Shown: positions 59,798 through 64,000 of the stretch, in pieces
Numbering within the stretch: position 1 is the first letter of the stretch
How the letters are laid out: each line of letters opens with the position of its first letter
Assembly (NCBI GenBank): GCA_018662305.1
Contig: JABJGI010000069.1
Span: forward strand, 1,358 to 65,357
Reading direction: 5' to 3'
Origin: Porticoccaceae bacterium
Lineage (GTDB): Bacteria > Pseudomonadota > Gammaproteobacteria > Pseudomonadales > GM7GCV1
DNA: 64,000 nt
The notes under the pieces: generated by a model
What the model was told of the DNA's origin: nothing
The model's database searches: none
Seen by the model: the letters and a program-made list of their open reading frames with translations, nothing else
Made by a program: the position numbers and the translations under genes

Positions 59798-60904
59798 TCA
59801 GTTGAGCAATATCTCAGTAAGCCCGCTAGATATGGCGCGCATATCTATCCCCTGCAAATTACTCGCGATTACAAAGCCGGTATTTTCATCGGGGAACAAC
59901 ATGATTTGGGTCTGGAAGCCAATATCGCTACCATTGTGCATAACCGCGCGATGTCCGTTGATGTTGACCATGAGCCAAGCGAGACCGATCTGAACGCCTT
60001 CAGCGATATCGAAGGTTGGTTCCCAAAGTAGACCAAAGGCCTCCGAGTCTAGAATCCGTCGACCATTTAGCTCTCCGGTGTTCAGGTGAGCTTGCACCCA
60101 CAGTGCCATGTCTCTGGCGTTCGATTGCAGGGAGCTACTAGGCGCATGTCTGCGGTTGTAGGGATAAATATTGCTCACTTCAGTGGGAGTTAAATGCCCC
60201 GATGTTCGTAGCTCTTCTTTTGCATCCGGATAAAGGAAGGAGCTGTCCTTCATGCCTAAAGGACTAAATAGGTTGGTTTGCATATATTGTTCAAAGCTCT
60301 GCCCTGAAACTTTTGCAATAACATCTCCTAGTATCTCGAAAGCCAGATCACTGTAACCCCATTGGGCGCCGGGGTCAGAAACAAGACTTAGTTGGTCCAT
60401 CTCTCTTACCCATTGCTCAAGCGCACCTTCATCATACTTAGGGTCGTCGTACCCATACTCAGTTGCGTCAGGCATACCAGAGGTATGGTTTAGTAACTGA
60501 GATATTTTGATCTCGTCCTGGCGATTGCCGGTCAGGCGGAAGTAGGGGAGATAACTCGTAACCGGGGCGTTCAAATCGAGCTGATCGGATTCAACTAGCT
60601 GCGCGATAGCGGCAGCAACGAAGGTTTTAGATATAGATGCCATGGGGAGCACATGGTCGGGAGTAAGCTCTTCCCGTGAATTTATGTCTTTTACGCCCAG
60701 GGCTTCGAGGTAAATAAGTTCTCCATTTCGGACAACAACTGCAGATAATCCTGGAATATTCTGTGATTGAGCCTGCTGAGTAAGGTGGTTTTCTAAGTGT
60801 CTCGCTAGATCCTTCTGCTCCTCATGCTCTTGGGCAATTCCATAGGAGCAAAAAACGTTAAGTAGGGTCAGAAAAACCCACTTTTCTATTATTGTTTTTT
60901 CCAT
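59798..60904 (-). CDS. Secreted serine hydrolase of the beta-lactamase (class C / PBP4*-like) family
   Basis: ATG at 60904 gives a signal-like MEKTIIEKWVFLTLLNVFCSYGIAQ. The SxxK motif is ASISKTF, and YSD is present. The track start at 61105 would overlap grxD. Confidence 0.85.
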   Translation of the reverse strand: MEKTIIEKWVFLTLLNVFCSYGIAQEHEEQKDLARHLENHLTQQAQSQNIPGLSAVVVRNGELIYLEALGVKDINSREELTPDHVLPMASISKTFVAAAIAQLVESDQLDLNAPVTSYLPYFRLTGNRQDEIKISQLLNHTSGMPDATEYGYDDPKYDEGALEQWVREMDQLSLVSDPGAQWGYSDLAFEILGDVIAKVSGQSFEQYMQTNLFSPLGMKDSSFLYPDAKEELRTSGHLTPTEVSNIYPYNRRHAPSSSLQSNARDMALWVQAHLNTGELNGRRILDSEAFGLLWEPTFDIAEGVQIGLAWLMVNINGHRAVMHNGSDIGFQTQIMLFPDENTGFVIASNLQGIDMRAISSGLTEILLN

Positions 60905-61061
60905 GCCTACGATTGAGATTTGCCTATTTAATTTAGAGGATACGAATGAAACAACCTTCCATCCTAAATGCTTTGCTAAGAAAATCGAATCCGGTCTAGG
61001 CAATTTCTTTAATCCGAGTAAAATACTCGGGTATTCAGTTAAACAGAATTTGGAGTAACAA

Positions 61062-61409
61062 ATGAGCGATGCCCAAGAGGTGATCCGCGAGCAGATCGAA
61101 AACAACCCAGTGATTCTTTATATGAAAGGATCACCCGACGCGCCGCAGTGTGGCTTTTCTTCCAGAGCTTCACAGGCTGTTATGGCTGCTGGAGAGCGTT
61201 TTGCCTTTGTTGATGTGCTGTCTAATCCAGAGATTCGCCAGAATCTGCCAATTTATGCCAACTGGCCAACCTTCCCGCAGCTTTGGGTGAATGGTGAGCT
61301 AATCGGTGGCTGCGATATCATTATGGATATGCACGAAAAGGGCGAATTGGTTGGAGTAATTAAAGAAGCGGTTCCCTCTGAAGCGCCTGAACAGGAAAGC
61401 GGCGAATAA
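61062..61409 (+). CDS. grxD: Monothiol glutaredoxin (Grx4 family)
   Basis: 115 aa with the CGFS active site, WPTFPQLWV and GGCDI. Confidence 0.96.
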   Translation: MSDAQEVIREQIENNPVILYMKGSPDAPQCGFSSRASQAVMAAGERFAFVDVLSNPEIRQNLPIYANWPTFPQLWVNGELIGGCDIIMDMHEKGELVGVIKEAVPSEAPEQESGE

Positions 61410-61427
61410 CTCGAAGGATTGAATTAA

Positions 61428-62102
61428 CTAGAGCTCGATATCGGCGTAAAGCGCTGCGACTTCTTGCTCTAGTTTTTCCAGGCTAACCGCATTTTCCTCT
61501 ATTGGTTGGCCAAATTTCACCACTACCTTGCGTCTTCGCCATTTCAGGCGAGGTTTGCCCTTGAGCGCAGGTGTTCCGCCGCCGTGACTAAAGAAGCTAC
61601 CCCATAACCCCTTAATCGCAACAGGAATTACCGGCACTGGCTGATGCTCCAGAATGCGCATGGTGCCGCGTTTAAAGGGAATTTGTTCACCTCCAGGGCT
61701 TAGACGGCCTTCTGGAAAAATAAATACCAATTCGCCATTTTGCAGGGCTTCCACCGCTGTTTTTTCTGCGTCCTGAAAAGTTCTGCGGTTTTTTAGCGGC
61801 GAGGTAATGGGAATGGTACGCGCACCGCGAAAGGCCCAGTTCAGCACCGGAATGCGGTGATAGATATCTTCCATAATAAATCTGGTGCGTCGCCTGATAG
61901 TGCCAAAAAGAATGATGGAATCGGCATAGCTCAGATGATTGCAGACAAAGAGCGCAGCGCCGGATTCAGGAATATTGGATTTGGCTTCAACCCGAACAGA
62001 ATAGATGGATCGACTAAGGACGTAGCCTACATTGCGCCAGAAATCGTGGGTCCATTCCCCAATCATGCCTGCGAGTCGACGCCAGATTGATTTGGAGTTC
62101 AT
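61428..62102 (-). CDS. Lysophospholipid (1-acyl-sn-glycerol-3-phosphate) acyltransferase family protein
   Basis: 224 aa with HX4D NHLSYAD and FPEGR motifs. Confidence 0.88.
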   Translation of the reverse strand: MNSKSIWRRLAGMIGEWTHDFWRNVGYVLSRSIYSVRVEAKSNIPESGAALFVCNHLSYADSIILFGTIRRRTRFIMEDIYHRIPVLNWAFRGARTIPITSPLKNRRTFQDAEKTAVEALQNGELVFIFPEGRLSPGGEQIPFKRGTMRILEHQPVPVIPVAIKGLWGSFFSHGGGTPALKGKPRLKWRRRKVVVKFGQPIEENAVSLEKLEQEVAALYADIEL

Positions 62103-62133
62103 TGCTTTTGGTGAGATGTTCTCGGTTTTGATT

Positions 62134-63096
62134 CTAGTGAGAACGATGCAGGGAAAAATTGGCGAGCTCGGTAAGGACGCCTTTGTAATCGGATTCCGGC
62201 AGAGAAGAGAGTTTATTGATGGCTTGTTCTACTTCTTTTTCTGCCAGTTGCTGGGTGTACTGAAGTCCACCGGATTCGTTCACCGCTTTCGCTACCTGCT
62301 CAATCTGGCTGGTGTCTTTTTTCTCAATGGCTTGGCGAATAAGCTTTGACTGCTCGTCGGAGCCCTTGGCAATGGTGTAGATCAGAGGAAGTGTCGCCTT
62401 GCCTTCAGCGAGATCATCGCCAATATTTTTACCCAGTTCGTCACTGTCGCCGGTGTAGTCGAGAACATCGTCTTGCAGTTGGAATGCCATGCCCAAGTGA
62501 AGGCCATAAGCGGCCAGGTCGGCGCTCTGCTGTTGGCTGGCATCGCAGAGTAGGGCGGCACATTCCGTTGCTGCTGAGAAAAGTATGGCGGTTTTTTTGC
62601 GTACTACTTCAAGATAGCTTTGCTCGCTGGTGTCGGGGTCACCGGCGTTTATCAATTGCTGAACTTCACCTTCGGCGATGGTGTTGGTGGTGTCTGCCAG
62701 AACTTTCATGATGGCACTGTTATTCAGTTGCACCATCAGCTGAAAAGCACGTGAATAGATGAAGTCACCCACCAGAACCGCTGGGCTGTTGCCCCATTTC
62801 TCGTTTGAGGTATCGCGTCCGCGACGTCGGTCGGATTCGTCGACGACATCGTCATGCAGCAAAGTGGCCGTGTGAATAAACTCAATCACGGTAGCTAACT
62901 GAACCGCGTCCGGATGACCATCCTGAAGGGCTTTGGCCACTAGGAGCACAGAAACGGGACGTAGCCGTTTGCCACCACCTTCGACAATGTAGTTACCGAT
63001 ATTTTCGACCAGAGATACGTCGGAGTGGAGTTGGTCTACGACCATTTGGTTCAACTGGTTGAACTCGGATTCCACCGCTTTATGGAATGGCAGCAT
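62134..63096 (-). CDS. ispB: Octaprenyl-diphosphate synthase
   Basis: 320 aa with DDVVDESDRRRG (first Asp-rich motif) and DDVLDY (second). Its position divergent from rplU is conserved. Confidence 0.94.
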   Translation of the reverse strand: MLPFHKAVESEFNQLNQMVVDQLHSDVSLVENIGNYIVEGGGKRLRPVSVLLVAKALQDGHPDAVQLATVIEFIHTATLLHDDVVDESDRRRGRDTSNEKWGNSPAVLVGDFIYSRAFQLMVQLNNSAIMKVLADTTNTIAEGEVQQLINAGDPDTSEQSYLEVVRKKTAILFSAATECAALLCDASQQQSADLAAYGLHLGMAFQLQDDVLDYTGDSDELGKNIGDDLAEGKATLPLIYTIAKGSDEQSKLIRQAIEKKDTSQIEQVAKAVNESGGLQYTQQLAEKEVEQAINKLSSLPESDYKGVLTELANFSLHRSH

Positions 63097-63279
63097 TAAC
63101 TGCTTGGGCCTCTACTATAGATTTGGTTGGTGTTATTTGACTGAAACCGCAGGGATGCTAGGAGTGCCTCGGACTTCTGTCAAGCTCCCGCAACTGCTTA
63201 TTTTCACTGCGCTTGAGCTAGGTCAGGCCGCGAATCAAGCCATTCGAAAACAAAGCAGGAAATAAACATCAGAAATCTA

Positions 63280-63308
63280 TTGAATGGGGTAGTCAATTTA
63301 CGTAAAAT
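63280..63308 (+). promoter_or_regulatory. Candidate sigma70 promoter of rplU-rpmA (TTGAAT-N17-TAAAAT)
   Basis: TTGAAT at 63280-63285 and TAAAAT at 63303-63308, about 50 nt upstream of the rplU ATG. Confidence 0.6.
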
Positions 63309-63360
63309 CGCCGCCCTCGCAAATCAGGCTTATTGCCTGAAATATCTGGAGAAAAGCGCG

Positions 63361-63753
63361 ATGTACGCAGTAATTGAAAGTGGTGGCAAACAGCACAAGG
63401 TAGTCGAAGGAGAAGTTCTTCGCCTTGAGAAGCTGGACGCGGCTGCTGGGGAAAAAGTCAGTTTTGACAAAGTACTAATGGTTGCCGATGGCGACAAGGT
63501 TACCCTTGGGGAGCCTTTGGTAGCTGGTGCAACGGTTTCGGCTGAGGTTGTTGAGCAAGGTCGTGGTGATAAGGTCACTATTATCAAGTTCCACCGTCGT
63601 AAGCATCACCGCAAGCAAGCTGGACACCGACAGTCCTTCACCGAAGTTAAAATCACTGATATTTCTGTTAAGAAAGCAGCTAAAAAAGCCCCGGCTAAGA
63701 AAGCTGAAAAAGCAGAAGCAGAAGCTGAACCAAAAGCAGCAGCTGAGGAGTAA
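63361..63753 (+). CDS. rplU: 50S ribosomal protein L21 with Lys/Ala/Glu-rich C-terminal extension
   Basis: ATG at 63361 ([14 protein letters not shown]) gives 130 aa. The track start at 63280 is the TTG of the putative -35. Confidence 0.96.
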   Translation: MYAVIESGGKQHKVVEGEVLRLEKLDAAAGEKVSFDKVLMVADGDKVTLGEPLVAGATVSAEVVEQGRGDKVTIIKFHRRKHHRKQAGHRQSFTEVKITDISVKKAAKKAPAKKAEKAEAEAEPKAAAEE

Positions 63754-63759
63754 TCTGAG

Positions 63760-64000
63760 ATGGCACATAAAAAAGCAGGCGGTAGTACCCGTAATGGTCG
63801 CGATTCGGAAAGTAAACGCTTAGGCGTTAAGCGCTACGGCGGCGAAACTGTTCAAGCTGGCGAAATTATCATTCGTCAGCGCGGAACCCAGTTCCACCCG
63901 GGCGATAACGTTGGTATTGGTACAGACCATACTTTGTTTGCTAAGGCCGAAGGCGTTGTCAGCTTCACAACGCGTGGCTCGAAGAATCGAAAGTTCGTAA
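63760..64000 (+). CDS. rpmA: 50S ribosomal protein L27 (3' end beyond window)
   Basis: My translation from ATG 63760 reads [48 protein letters not shown]. It is not on the track because there is no stop in the window. Confidence 0.95.
   Translation, partial: MAHKKAGGSTRNGRDSESKRLGVKRYGGETVQAGEIIIRQRGTQFHPGDNVGIGTDHTLFAKAEGVVSFTTRGSKNRKFV

Noticed and set aside
60905-61105. N-terminal extension of the serine hydrolase ORF (track start 61105)
   Set aside because: It would overlap the grxD start and adds 67 non-signal-like residues. ATG at 60904 yields a plausible signal peptide directly.
62032-62711. Plus-strand ORFs (105 and 121 aa) antisense to ispB and the plsC-like gene
   Set aside because: They overlap well-supported minus-strand genes. 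The products are Arg/Cys/Trp-rich nonsense typical of antisense frames.
63280-63360. Upstream TTG start of the rplU ORF on the track
   Set aside because: That TTG is the first base of a TTGAAT-N17-TAAAAT promoter, and the canonical L21 N-terminus [11 protein letters not shown] begins at 63361.

Overview
This 64-kb window is core chromosome from a roughly 50% GC gammaproteobacterium. The gene order closely follows Pseudomonas/Cellvibrionales-type genomes; that is my inference from remembered synteny, since no database search was possible.

Almost all of it is housekeeping, in this order:
- a partial TctC-like binding protein and a PfkB kinase
- mrcB, hemL, hemJ and argC
- a membrane coiled-coil protein plus a bactofilin, then erpA and RNase P RNA
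- a complete, tightly coupled dcw cluster (mraZ-rsmH-ftsL-ftsI-murE-murF-mraY-murD-ftsW-murG-murC-ddl-ftsQ-ftsA-ftsZ), followed by lpxC, an M23 peptidase, secA, argJ and mutT
- coaE-pilD-pilC-pilB divergent from pilA
- nadC, ampD, ampG, fxsA and groES-groEL
- sodB, a class I fumarase, an OmpA/OprF-like porin and sbcB
- an E. coli-type pyrB-like gene plus an acyltransferase
- argF-argD
- a 1043-aa DUF349 protein overlapping an orphan hyuB-like gene
- a serine hydrolase, grxD, a plsC-like gene, ispB, rplU and a partial rpmA

I found no transposase, integrase, CRISPR array, tRNA, rRNA, toxin-antitoxin pair or recognisable defence gene. This looks like ordinary core genome rather than an accessory island, so I do not claim a clear novel system.

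The leads most worth a second look:
1. The DUF349 giant protein, with an acidic tract and a 7 x 18-bp in-frame tandem repeat, is translationally overlapped with a HyuB-only gene.
2. An intrinsic-terminator-like hairpin sits between a near-consensus promoter and the argD-argF operon.
3. A membrane-anchored coiled-coil protein is paired with a bactofilin.
4. SecA is about 105 aa longer than E. coli SecA, through discrete insertions.
5. An orphan E. coli-type ATCase gene is preceded by a 17-bp tandem repeat and followed at 10 nt by an acyltransferase gene.
6. Several regulatory architectures are readable by eye: four MraZ-type boxes at 10-bp periodicity, and a perfect sigma54 promoter plus palindrome at pilA.

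All functional calls rest on motif recognition and remembered homologues. All promoter, terminator and operator calls are sequence-pattern inferences that need experimental or comparative confirmation.
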